Positions 1 to 8,290 of a DNA stretch of 64,000 bases are shown piece after piece. Position 1 is the first letter of the stretch. Every line of letters starts with the position of its first letter. The stretch lies in NCBI GenBank assembly GCA_963706715.1, contig CAVPNI010000002.1:448001-512000 (forward strand), in the 5' to 3' direction. Position numbers and translations under genes: made by a program. The stretch comes from an uncultured Verrucomicrobiae bacterium. GTDB lineage: Bacteria; Verrucomicrobiota; Verrucomicrobiia; Chthoniobacterales; Xiphinematobacteraceae. The notes below the pieces were generated by a model that was given only the letters and a program-made list of their open reading frames with translations, did not search any database and was not told the DNA's origin.

Positions 1-264
1 GTAAACATCAGGAGAAAGACACAGTTTTTTGGACGAAGGGTCATAATGATCACCTAACATAGTATCGATAGACGCAACCTCCACATCGTGGATTCCTGCG
101 GCGTTCAGGATCTGTCGAGCCACATCAGCTCCCGTCATCCCTGATGCAACCGGTACTTGCTTCCAGCGCGAAAATGCGCCGGAAACTTTTATTTGGGCAT
201 AGACCCCAAGGATCAAGGGGATGCCAATCAAAAATCCATATAATAATAACGAGTGCGAATTCAT
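1..264 (-). CDS. Zinc metallopeptidase, YugP/Zn_peptidase_2 family (5' part; runs off the window)
   Basis: Own translation: MNSHSLLLYGFLIGIPLILGVYAQIKVSGAFSRWKQVPVASGMTGADVARQILNAAGIHDVEVASIDTMLGDHYDPSSKKLCLSPDVY. The SGMTGADVAR and LGDHYDP motifs are typical of the family. Confidence 0.85.
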   Translation of the reverse strand, partial: MNSHSLLLYGFLIGIPLILGVYAQIKVSGAFSRWKQVPVASGMTGADVARQILNAAGIHDVEVASIDTMLGDHYDPSSKKLCLSPDVY

Positions 265-373
265 GGGGTTACAAAATGATTCATTTTAAGTGGGGGTTCC
301 AAGCTATAGTTGCGAGACAATTTTTACACTATTTTGTTCAATAGGTTCGACAAAGACGTGACATCAAAGGGGC

Positions 374-445
374 GAGACTTGGAGGAAGCCAAGCAAGGCA
401 AAAAGAGCGACAAAGGTGTGATCATTTTATAGGTGTTTCGCTATA
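374..445. repeat. IS630-like right-end relic, shared with 57070-57142
   Basis: gagacttggaggaagccaagcaaggcaaaaagagcgac...tcattttataggtgtttcgctata closely matches 57070-57142. The last 24 bp resemble the IR of the IS630 at 53901-53924. Confidence 0.65.
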
Positions 446-461
446 TTTTTGTTTCAAGAAA

Positions 462-1604
462 TTAGAGTTCTAGTGGCTTGGGCAAAGAACTGAGAAATCG
501 GCTTCCGGCGGCTGTCACTTGAAGGACATCTTCGTGCCGGACTCCTCCAAGCCCCGGGACATAAATACCCGGCTCCAGGGTAAGAACGTGATTGGGTCGA
601 AATCGAGTCGCGGCAAAACGTGGGTACTCGTGAATTTCGAGACCCAACCCGTGGCCGGCTCCGTGGAAAAATCCGCTCCACCTGTCAGCACGCCGTTCAG
701 TAGGATATCCATTTTGTGCAAAAAAGGATTTCAGGTCCTTCTGAATGGTTTTGCCGCTCGCTCGGGGCCGGATTTTAGCAAACGCTCGCTTTTGACCTTC
801 CAAACAAATTTCCCAAAGGTGCCGTTGAGCATCTGTTGCACGGCCTCGCACCACGGTACGAGTCAAATCTCCAAAGTATCCGGATTTCACATGGCGAGGA
901 AAAATATCCAGTATGATCAGCTGATGGGCAAACAAAGGTCCGCTCCCCGTTTCGTGTGGATCAATCGCCTGCTGTCCACCGGCAACGATAGTGTGAGATG
1001 CCAGACCACCATGGCTCACAATGCACATTTCAATTTCAGTCCGTAATTTCTCCGAAGTCAACAGGGTATTGCCCCACCGAAGAACGCCATCTTTCCCAAT
1101 TCTAGTGGCACGCAAGACTTCGAAGGCTCGTTCCATGGCCGTCTGAGTCATGTCCAAAGCATACCGTAAATGCTGGATTTCTTCGGGGGTCTTTGTTTCA
1201 CGCTCCGGCCAAAATGGATCGGGTACCCATCGCACGGAAATGCGCACTTTCCGTAGTGTCTCAGCAATGGAGAGCGGAAAATCAGCCGGCACCTCCACGT
1301 GAGAAATGCCCTGTTTTTTCAAGTAAAATGCTAATACGTTTACTTCACTCGGCTGATCATGACCCTTACGCTGCGCGTTTTTGCCTGCCTCAGCGGCAAG
1401 TTCGCTGTATGGAATGATTACATCGACGTGCGCATCACGTCGTCCGCGGTCCACTTCCAGATCGCTTAAAATCACATGGCTTTTGCCGCCATAAAAAAGA
1501 TAAACAAAGGGATCCGGAGCGAAAAATCCGGTAGCATAAAGAATGTTGGCATTTTGTTCGCTGGCCGCGAATAAAAGACGTGCGGATTGGATGGAAACGG
1601 ACAT
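462..1604 (-). CDS. Xaa-Pro aminopeptidase, M24 family
   Basis: Metal-binding motifs GDLTRT, HGAGHGLGLEIHE, TLEPGIY and GVRHED. Confidence 0.92.
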   Translation of the reverse strand: MSVSIQSARLLFAASEQNANILYATGFFAPDPFVYLFYGGKSHVILSDLEVDRGRRDAHVDVIIPYSELAAEAGKNAQRKGHDQPSEVNVLAFYLKKQGISHVEVPADFPLSIAETLRKVRISVRWVPDPFWPERETKTPEEIQHLRYALDMTQTAMERAFEVLRATRIGKDGVLRWGNTLLTSEKLRTEIEMCIVSHGGLASHTIVAGGQQAIDPHETGSGPLFAHQLIILDIFPRHVKSGYFGDLTRTVVRGRATDAQRHLWEICLEGQKRAFAKIRPRASGKTIQKDLKSFFAQNGYPTERRADRWSGFFHGAGHGLGLEIHEYPRFAATRFRPNHVLTLEPGIYVPGLGGVRHEDVLQVTAAGSRFLSSLPKPLEL

Positions 1605-1617
1605 CCGGGATAAATCG

Positions 1618-2736
1618 CTAATTTAGCAAGCCGTACCACGTGTTCCGACGTCGTGGCTCATAACCCGCAGCGCGAATCAGTTGTTCCATATCCTCTTTGG
1701 AAAGGCAGAAGGTGGTGCCTGCACTACTCACAACATTTTCCTCCATCATGACGCTGCCGAAATCATTCGCACCGTATTTAAGAGAAATTTGGCCGATGCG
1801 TGGACCTTGGGTGACCCAAGAACTCTGCAAGTTCACAAAATTATCGAGAAAGATACGCGAGAGTGCCTGCATACGCAGATACTCTGCAGCTCCAACCGGT
1901 TCAGCACGAAGTTTTGTATTTTCCGCCTGGAACGTCCAACAGATGAAAGCAGTAAAACCATTTGTTTCGTCCTGCAAATTACGAAGACGCTGCAAATGTT
2001 GAATTCTCTCTTCCACTGTTTCCACGTGGCCGAACATCATGGTAGCACTCGAACGTAAGCCCATCTCATGGGCAGTGCGCATAACACCAAGCCATTGATC
2101 CGAATTACATTTTAACGGAGCGATGCGATTTCTCACGCGGTCCACTAAAATTTCCCCGCCGCCACCCGGAATCGAACCCAACCCGGCTTCTCGAAAGCGT
2201 GAAATCACCTCTTTTACCGGAACTCCAAATACCTCTGCAAAATGAACGAATTCCGGAGGGCTAAACCCATGAACATTGATATGGGGGTATTTTTCTCGGA
2301 TGTGAGAAAGAAGACCGAGATAATAATCCATCTTCAGTTTCGGATGATGCCCCCCCTGCAAAAGAACCTGCACTCCTCCAATCTCAGAAAGTTCATCCAG
2401 TTTCCGGTCGATTTCCTCAACAGAGAGAACATAGGAATCATGATCTCTTTCAGTTCGATAAAATGCACAAAATTTGCAATATACATTGCAAATATTTGTA
2501 TAATTGATGTTGCGATCAACGATATAGGTGACGATGTCAGAGTCGCTCGTATTAGGAGCTTTCTTTTGCGCCAAACGTTTCCTCGCATCGGCAAGTGTAC
2601 CCAACGTATTCATAGGGAGCTGGTAAAGAATGCGAGCTTCTTGTGACGAAATGCGTTCACCTGCGAGAACTTTCGTTGTCATCTCTTCGACATCTAACTT
2701 GGACAGACGAGGGCAACTGTTTTTTATCGAGACCAT
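1618..2736 (-). CDS. mqnC: Cyclic dehypoxanthinyl futalosine synthase (radical SAM, futalosine menaquinone pathway)
   Basis: TYIVDRNINYTNICNVYCKFCAF (CxxxCxxC), SIPGGGGEIL, QSSWVTQG, GANDFGSVMMEENVV. Confidence 0.88.
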   Translation of the reverse strand: MVSIKNSCPRLSKLDVEEMTTKVLAGERISSQEARILYQLPMNTLGTLADARKRLAQKKAPNTSDSDIVTYIVDRNINYTNICNVYCKFCAFYRTERDHDSYVLSVEEIDRKLDELSEIGGVQVLLQGGHHPKLKMDYYLGLLSHIREKYPHINVHGFSPPEFVHFAEVFGVPVKEVISRFREAGLGSIPGGGGEILVDRVRNRIAPLKCNSDQWLGVMRTAHEMGLRSSATMMFGHVETVEERIQHLQRLRNLQDETNGFTAFICWTFQAENTKLRAEPVGAAEYLRMQALSRIFLDNFVNLQSSWVTQGPRIGQISLKYGANDFGSVMMEENVVSSAGTTFCLSKEDMEQLIRAAGYEPRRRNTWYGLLN

Positions 2737-2788
2737 GATTTTTTGAGGATATTCGGACGAAACTCAGAAATCAACGATGCTTATCCGC

Positions 2789-2920
2789 GGACTTCGTCGT
2801 TCCTTATTAGGAGCTTGTAATTGCAAATGAAATCTCTTTTGACCTACAAATTTTTGGAAGTTGTAGTACAAAAAAGACATAATTCTCAATCGGCTGCTTC
2901 TAAAAGAAACGGACGAAGCC
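2789..2920 (+). repeat. Palindromic dispersed element, copy A (near full length; overlaps the rdgB 3' end)
   Basis: ggacttcgtcgttccttattaggagc...gacctacaaatttttggaagttgtag...gcttctaaaagaaacggacgaagcc aligns by eye with 60661-60805 and 63781-63924. Confidence 0.8.
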
Positions 2921-3530
2921 CGCGGAGGGCCCGGCCCCGGTGGCTGATTTTATTTTTGATTTCAGGCGAGAGCTCGGCAAAAGTCTCGGAATAGCCTGCT
3001 GGACGAAAAATGGAATCGTAGCCGAATCCTTCCGTCCCACTTTCGCTTTCCATAATGACACCCTCAACTATCCCTGATGTAGTCAGGACTGTTCTGCCAT
3101 TTTTTGCTAAAGCAAGAACACAGTGAAATCGCGCTGTTCGCTGCTCACCACGGATCCCTAATTTCTCCAACTGCTTTAAAAGCAAAGTACGATTTTCAGC
3201 ATCAGTGGCATTTTCACCGGCGAAGCGTGCAGATAAAATCCCCGGAGCTCCCTGTAAAGCATCCACTTCCAATCCGGAGTCATCCGCTAACACCCAATGA
3301 GAAAAAAAAGTGGAAGTAAATTCGGCCTTCACGAGTGCATTCAATTTGAACGTATCTCCGCTCTCCTCTATCTGAGGTACCTCAGAGACGCTCTCCATTC
3401 CAAAGAGCTCAAAGTTTGGGCCCAACAACTCCGAAAACTCTCTTAATTTGTGACGATTACGAGTAGCCACCAAGATTCGGCGGACTTCGTCTGTTTCCTT
3501 GAGAAACCTGCAGGTCGAAAGAGACTCCAT
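2886..3530 (-). CDS. rdgB: dITP/XTP pyrophosphatase (RdgB/HAM1)
   Basis: ILVATRNRHKLREF, ADDSGLEVDAL, GFGYDSIF, KNKISHR. Start placed at the nearest in-frame ATG (3530). Confidence 0.92.
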   Translation of the reverse strand: MESLSTCRFLKETDEVRRILVATRNRHKLREFSELLGPNFELFGMESVSEVPQIEESGDTFKLNALVKAEFTSTFFSHWVLADDSGLEVDALQGAPGILSARFAGENATDAENRTLLLKQLEKLGIRGEQRTARFHCVLALAKNGRTVLTTSGIVEGVIMESESGTEGFGYDSIFRPAGYSETFAELSPEIKNKISHRGRALRGLRPFLLEAAD

Positions 3531-3540
3531 TTGCGACTGG
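3482..3540 (-). repeat. Palindromic element, copy B (internally deleted; overlaps the rdgB 5' end)
   Basis: ggacttcgtctgtttccttgagaaacc followed by tgcaggtcgaaagagactccatttgcgact, which matches the reverse complement of copy A (tgtaggtcaaaagagatttcatttgcaatt). Confidence 0.65.
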
Positions 3541-3620
3541 ATAACTAGATTTTCCGTGTGGGAGCCATCCAATCTTGTGCCGATCGATCGCGACATAGCC
3601 TTTATAATGAAATTCGTGTA

Positions 3621-3698
3621 TTATGAAATTTCCGGAATTTCCTCGATCCAAGCAGCCCACCATTCTCCTTCTTGCTTAAATGCGGCTGTCAGTTTCAT
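3621..3698 (-). pseudogene. HicB-family antitoxin N-terminal fragment
   Basis: MKLTAAFKQEGEWWAAWIEEIPEIS* resembles the HicB N-terminus but stops before the TQG motif. Confidence 0.6.
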
Positions 3699-3801
3699 AC
3701 CTACATTTTCGTTGCTTTTCTCACTTCTGTCCAGCCCTCTCAGCCAAGTTCCCTTTTTGGTCGAGAGCCATACAACTTCATCCCCTATACAGCGCATCCC
3801 C

Positions 3802-3875
3802 TGGCTGCCCCGCATGGACTCGAACCATGAATAACGCCTCCAAAGGGCGCTGTGTTACCATTACACCACAGGGCA
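3802..3875 (-). tRNA. tRNA-Gln (TTG)
   Basis: Reverse complement tgccctgtggtgtaatggtaacacagcgccc-TTTGGA-ggcgttattcatggttcgagtccatgcggggcagcca folds as a cloverleaf; anticodon TTG; CCA encoded. Confidence 0.95.
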
Positions 3876-4014
3876 AGAACTGTGAAATTAGCCCATCCGC
3901 TTACCTAGGGCAAATGCTTTATGCCGCCCTAAAAAAAATTAAAGCATTTATAAAATCAGGTACTACAGTGAACGCACAACCATCAGAAGAATTCCTTTAT
4001 TTTAAAATACCTCC

Positions 4015-5238
4015 ATGAATTGTATGAGCAATAAATTCCGAAATCGGATTTTGGCCCTGGTCTGTCTGCTCCTGTTTCTCAGCGGAGGGGTGGTCCTTTA
4101 CTATTTTAACTGGTTCATTCAAAAGCCGTTCGCAATCATCCTATTTATTGCGGACGGTCTGACACCGGGGACTCTGACCGCTTCTCGCCTTTATGAAGAT
4201 GGAGCCGACCATCGGCTTTCTCTGGAATCATTACCCCATGTGGCCGTTCTTTCAACATATGCAAATGACTACGCGGTCCCTGATGATGCTTCCGCCGCAA
4301 CGGCATTGGCAACGGGACAGAAAGTAAACCGCTTGACATTGGCAATGGATGGAAAGGGCGCTCCTTTACCTTCCTTGGCAGACCTCGCTCGCAACCAGGG
4401 AAGAAGCGTCGGGCTGATTACCAATTCTTCTCTTGCATCGCCGGGTCTCGCCGCATTTTTTGCAAAAACATCCTCCTCATTGGATGTGTCATCCATTTCG
4501 GCACAGCTTGCGGATCAGGCTATTGCCGATATTTTCTTGGGTGGGGGCGGAGGAGATTTTTTTCCCGCTGACTCGAATGGAGGGCGGCGCAAGGACGGAC
4601 GAGACCTCTTTTTGGAGATGCGTCAAAAAGGATACGATATCGTCCGTAACCGCACCGAATTGAATAACATCCAGCTCTGGCATAGACCAAAAATTTTGGG
4701 TGTCTTTGCCTTGGATGAGATGGCTTTCCCCGACGAAATTCAAGCGGGGGCCAATCAGCCTACTTTGGCAGAAATGGTGCGCCAAGCCATCCAGCTTCTC
4801 CAATATAATCGCAAAGGTTATCTCCTCATCGTCGATACTAGTTTGATGGATAGTGCAGCGTACCGCAATGAAGGAGAACGAGTACTCCGTTGTATGGGGG
4901 AACTCGACAAAGCCGTTGCAACCGCCCTTCAATACGCCGGCAATACTGCTCTCATCATCGTAACAGCAAAACAATCGATCGGCGGGTTACGCTTAAATGG
5001 ATATCCTTTCAGACGCGACAAAGGAGTCTCTCTGATCAGTACCAACACACAGGGTGTCCCCTCCCTCACCTGGTCTACCGGACCCGGAAAAACGGATGGG
5101 CCCTCTGCGTGGCCAACGAGCTCTGCATTGGGAGTAGCCGAAGATGTTCTAGCGCTGGGTAGCGGGCCCGGCGCTGAAAAACTCACCGGAATGGAAGACA
5201 ATACTCTCATTTTTAAAATCTTAGAGTCAGCACTCTAA
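4015..5238 (+). CDS. Membrane-anchored alkaline phosphatase-family protein, probably catalytically inactive
   Basis: N-terminal TM; IILFIADGL, VPDDASAATALATGQK, QPTLAEMV, GYLLIV and DNTLIF match the AP fold, but catalytic residues are substituted. Confidence 0.8.
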   Translation: MNCMSNKFRNRILALVCLLLFLSGGVVLYYFNWFIQKPFAIILFIADGLTPGTLTASRLYEDGADHRLSLESLPHVAVLSTYANDYAVPDDASAATALATGQKVNRLTLAMDGKGAPLPSLADLARNQGRSVGLITNSSLASPGLAAFFAKTSSSLDVSSISAQLADQAIADIFLGGGGGDFFPADSNGGRRKDGRDLFLEMRQKGYDIVRNRTELNNIQLWHRPKILGVFALDEMAFPDEIQAGANQPTLAEMVRQAIQLLQYNRKGYLLIVDTSLMDSAAYRNEGERVLRCMGELDKAVATALQYAGNTALIIVTAKQSIGGLRLNGYPFRRDKGVSLISTNTQGVPSLTWSTGPGKTDGPSAWPTSSALGVAEDVLALGSGPGAEKLTGMEDNTLIFKILESAL

Positions 5239-5259
5239 GTCTTCGCCGGACGGGCGGAT

Positions 5260-6627
5260 TTACAATTTTTTTCGTAAGTGCCGGGGCAGGATGGAAAGTT
5301 GTTCACGATATTTCGTAACCGTGCGCCTTGCAATGGGAAGTCCCTTTTCCTTCAACAATGTCGCCATTTCTTGATCACTCCATGGCTTATAAGGACTCTC
5401 CTTACTCACTATTTCCGAGATTGCACTGCGGACGCTTTCGTTGCTGATGGCTTCCCCCTCCGTTGTCTGATAGCCGGAGGTGAAAAAATACTTCATTTCA
5501 AAGGTTCCCTGTGGAGTAGCCATGTATTTTCCTGAGACCGCCCGGCTCACGGTGGTTTCGTGTAGTCCTACTGCTTCTGCAATTTGGGCCATAGTCATAG
5601 GGCGCAAACTCCCTGGTCCATTTTCGAAGAACTCCTGCTGTCGATTTACAATTTGTTGGGCGACTGCCAAAAGGGTTTCTTGCCGTTGTTGAATACTGCG
5701 AATAAAAAAACGTCCGCTCCGAATTTTTTCTCGCACATAATCCCTTACCTCCAAATCATTTTCGGGCTGAGAAAGCAGCTCTTTATAAGCGGCATTGATT
5801 CGTAATCGTGGCAATTCACTGTTATTCAGGACAACTCGATATTCTCCTTCTTCGCCCTTTTCCACTACGACATCTACAGCGACAGAAGGTTCGGAAGCAT
5901 CCGTAAACGACAGCCCCGGTTTGGGATTTAAGCGGGCAATTCGGTCGGCTGCCTTGCTCACCTCGACCAAAGGAACATGCAGTGCTTTTGCAATTTCAGG
6001 TAACTTTCTACGCCCCAAAGCTTCCAGGTGAAATTTGATCATCTGGCTTTCCAAACCATCCTCCTTTTTCTGGCGCTGTAATTGAAGAAGAAGGCATTCC
6101 CGTAGATTACGAGCGGCAACCCCCGGTGGTTCCAAAGTCTGAATCTGACCTAATACATTTTCCACACGCGCAACATCTACGTGAGCCAAACGAGCGATCT
6201 CCTCTACCGAGGCTTCCAAATAGCCAGTTTCATCTATATTCCCGATAATCCAAGCAGCGATGGGCATGTCTTCTTTACTCATCTCCAGCCAACCTAGCTG
6301 CTTACTTAGAAGTCGTTGCAATGTATTAACTTCAGTGAGCGAATCGACCAAAAATTGATGCCGCTGTTGTGCATCCGGGGAAGCCGCAGATTGCACGTAA
6401 TAGGTGTTCCATTCGTCTTCCAAGCGGGATAATTCTTTGTCGGGCAAAGAGTCTCCTGAATCTTGGGGAACCTCTTCTTCCAGAATGGGATTGAGCATCA
6501 TTTCCGTAGCGGCCAACCCCTTTAATTCCATGTGGGATGCCTGTAAAATCTGTAGGCTCTGCCGCATTTGTGGCGAAAGCACCTGCTGCAAGGTGAGCCC
6601 TTGGACTTGCTTCATTTCCGACATCAT
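5260..6627 (-). CDS. rpoN: RNA polymerase sigma-54 factor
   Basis: Q/L-rich region I, HETTVSRA HTH, RpoN box ARRTVTKYRE. Confidence 0.97.
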   Translation of the reverse strand: MMSEMKQVQGLTLQQVLSPQMRQSLQILQASHMELKGLAATEMMLNPILEEEVPQDSGDSLPDKELSRLEDEWNTYYVQSAASPDAQQRHQFLVDSLTEVNTLQRLLSKQLGWLEMSKEDMPIAAWIIGNIDETGYLEASVEEIARLAHVDVARVENVLGQIQTLEPPGVAARNLRECLLLQLQRQKKEDGLESQMIKFHLEALGRRKLPEIAKALHVPLVEVSKAADRIARLNPKPGLSFTDASEPSVAVDVVVEKGEEGEYRVVLNNSELPRLRINAAYKELLSQPENDLEVRDYVREKIRSGRFFIRSIQQRQETLLAVAQQIVNRQQEFFENGPGSLRPMTMAQIAEAVGLHETTVSRAVSGKYMATPQGTFEMKYFFTSGYQTTEGEAISNESVRSAISEIVSKESPYKPWSDQEMATLLKEKGLPIARRTVTKYREQLSILPRHLRKKL

Positions 6628-6640
6628 ATTCGAAAATTAC

Positions 6641-6656
6641 GGCACTGCAAATGCCC
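6641..6656. promoter_or_regulatory. Putative sigma-54 -24/-12 site upstream of rpoN
   Basis: ggcactgcaaatgccc gives GG-N10-GC on both strands, 14 bp upstream of the rpoN ATG. Confidence 0.4.
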
Positions 6657-6688
6657 ATCAAGCATTTTTGAAGCCATATCTTGATAAA

Positions 6689-6761
6689 TGGAGGTATGGG
6701 GATTCGAACCCCAGACCTTCTCATTGCGAACGAGACGCTCTACCAACTGAGCTATACCCCC
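6689..6761 (-). tRNA. tRNA-Ala (CGC)
   Basis: Reverse complement gggggtatagctcagttggtagagcgtctcg-ttCGCaa-tgagaaggtctggggttcgaatccccatacctcca; CCA not encoded. Confidence 0.95.
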
Positions 6762-6901
6762 ATAATACTACCGATCGGGATCCGCCTGTCCTCTCGTCCT
6801 CTTGTCTAAAACAAACAAAGGCTCCAATAAAAAAAAGCGGCTCCACCGCGCCGAATTAACCTAATTTTCCCGAGTACCGAGCGAAAATCAATGCAAAAGC
6901 A

Positions 6902-8146
6902 TTAGGTCTCGGAGATCTCGGGTGGGTCCGCAGGGAGCAACCGAGGCAGAACTTCGATTTCTCGAATCGCGCTGATTTGTTTGTCTCCGGAAACAGTTCC
7001 TAAATTACGAAATTTCCGTGCCGTAACCAGCACCCGGCTCTCCAGACTGCGAGAAGCATCATTAAACGAGCGAGCTGCGGAAGAAATGCCTACAGCCACC
7101 TTGTCCATATGTGAAACAAAAACAGCGAGACGGTCATGCAGCTCCTGCCCTAATTCACTGACCGCCCGAGCGCTTTCGGCAATTTTTTCTTGTTGCCAAC
7201 CATGATGAATCACACGAAGCAGTGCGATCAACGTAGTTGGCGTCGCAAGAATCACACGGCGGGTTGCGGCTTCCTCAATAAGGCTTGGCTCAATCTGCAA
7301 AGCGGCCCCAAAAACGGTTTCCATTGGGAGGAAAAGCACCACGAATTCGGGGGTCGGTTTAAATTGTTGCCAGTATGCCTTACGGGAAAGCTGCTGAATA
7401 TGTGTCTTTAATTGATGAGCGTGACGTTGTAACGCTGCTTCACGAGCAACTTCTTCGCTCAAATTTAGGGAGTCCAAATAAGCATTTAAGGGCACCTTGG
7501 AATCGATGACCACCTGTCTTTCGCCAGGAAGATGCACAATCAGGTCGGGACGCAGATTCCCTTCTTCAGACTGGATATTCTTTTGTTCTGTGAAGTCACA
7601 TTTTTCCAGCATTCCGGCAAATTCGACAACACGGCGTAACTGCATCTCTCCCCATCGTCCACGCGCTTGAGGTTCCCGTAATGCGCGGACGAGGTTGGCG
7701 GTCTCTCCTTGAAGCCGAAGCTGGCCTTCCCCCACTCCTCGCAGTTGTTCCGTGAGTTTTTCATAAGCACCGATCCGTTGCTTTTCGATCGAATGCACTT
7801 CATCCTGAAATTTATCCAGCGTTTCGCGGACGGGTCTTACAGTCTCTTCAATGCGTTTTCGACGTTCTTCCAAATCTCGATCGGCGATTTCCAAAAACGA
7901 TTTGTTGTTTTGCAACAGAGCTTCGCGAGAAAGTGCTTTGAATTCATCTGACAAGGCTTTCCGAGCACTCTCCAGTAAAGTCACTCGCTCACTACTTGCT
8001 TTCCTCTCATCCAGAAGCGCCTGCTCCAATTTTGCCAATTCCACTTCTTTTCGATTCAGCCTCCGGTCAAAATACACCTTACACGTGACCCACGTTACCA
8101 AGGTGGTCACTCCTATTAAGGATAGGGCGAGCAGAATAATTTCCAT
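6902..8146 (-). CDS. rmuC: DNA recombination protein RmuC
   Basis: N-terminal TM and coiled coil; RGRWGEMQL, RPDLIVHLP, IDSKVPL, ATPTTLIALL. Confidence 0.93.
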   Translation of the reverse strand: MEIILLALSLIGVTTLVTWVTCKVYFDRRLNRKEVELAKLEQALLDERKASSERVTLLESARKALSDEFKALSREALLQNNKSFLEIADRDLEERRKRIEETVRPVRETLDKFQDEVHSIEKQRIGAYEKLTEQLRGVGEGQLRLQGETANLVRALREPQARGRWGEMQLRRVVEFAGMLEKCDFTEQKNIQSEEGNLRPDLIVHLPGERQVVIDSKVPLNAYLDSLNLSEEVAREAALQRHAHQLKTHIQQLSRKAYWQQFKPTPEFVVLFLPMETVFGAALQIEPSLIEEAATRRVILATPTTLIALLRVIHHGWQQEKIAESARAVSELGQELHDRLAVFVSHMDKVAVGISSAARSFNDASRSLESRVLVTARKFRNLGTVSGDKQISAIREIEVLPRLLPADPPEISET

Positions 8147-8147
8147 T

Positions 8148-8173
8148 TACAGCGAAACACCTATAAAATGATC
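8148..8173. repeat. IS630-like terminal relic
   Basis: Reverse complement gatcattttataggtgtttcgctgta matches 420-445 at 25 of 26 positions. Confidence 0.65.
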
Positions 8174-8181
8174 TTTTTTTT

Positions 8182-8220
8182 CTCCCAGAGCTCCTAAAAG
8201 TGCGTAACGTCAATTACCAA
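8182..8220. repeat. 39-bp repeat shared with 15114-15152
   Basis: ctcccagagctcctaaaagtgcgtaacgtcaattaccaa versus ctcccagagctcctaaaggtgcgtaacgtgatttaccaa. Confidence 0.75.
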
Positions 8221-8290
8221 TTATAACACCCTCATATACTTGAACCAAGGAAGCTATGAATTCCGCAGCAGTTCAGACATTCATCAAAGT

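Noticed and set aside
3699..4018. ORF 3680-4018 and the 5' part of ORF 3621-3815
   Set aside because: They overlap tRNA-Gln; only the HicB-like tail looks protein-like.
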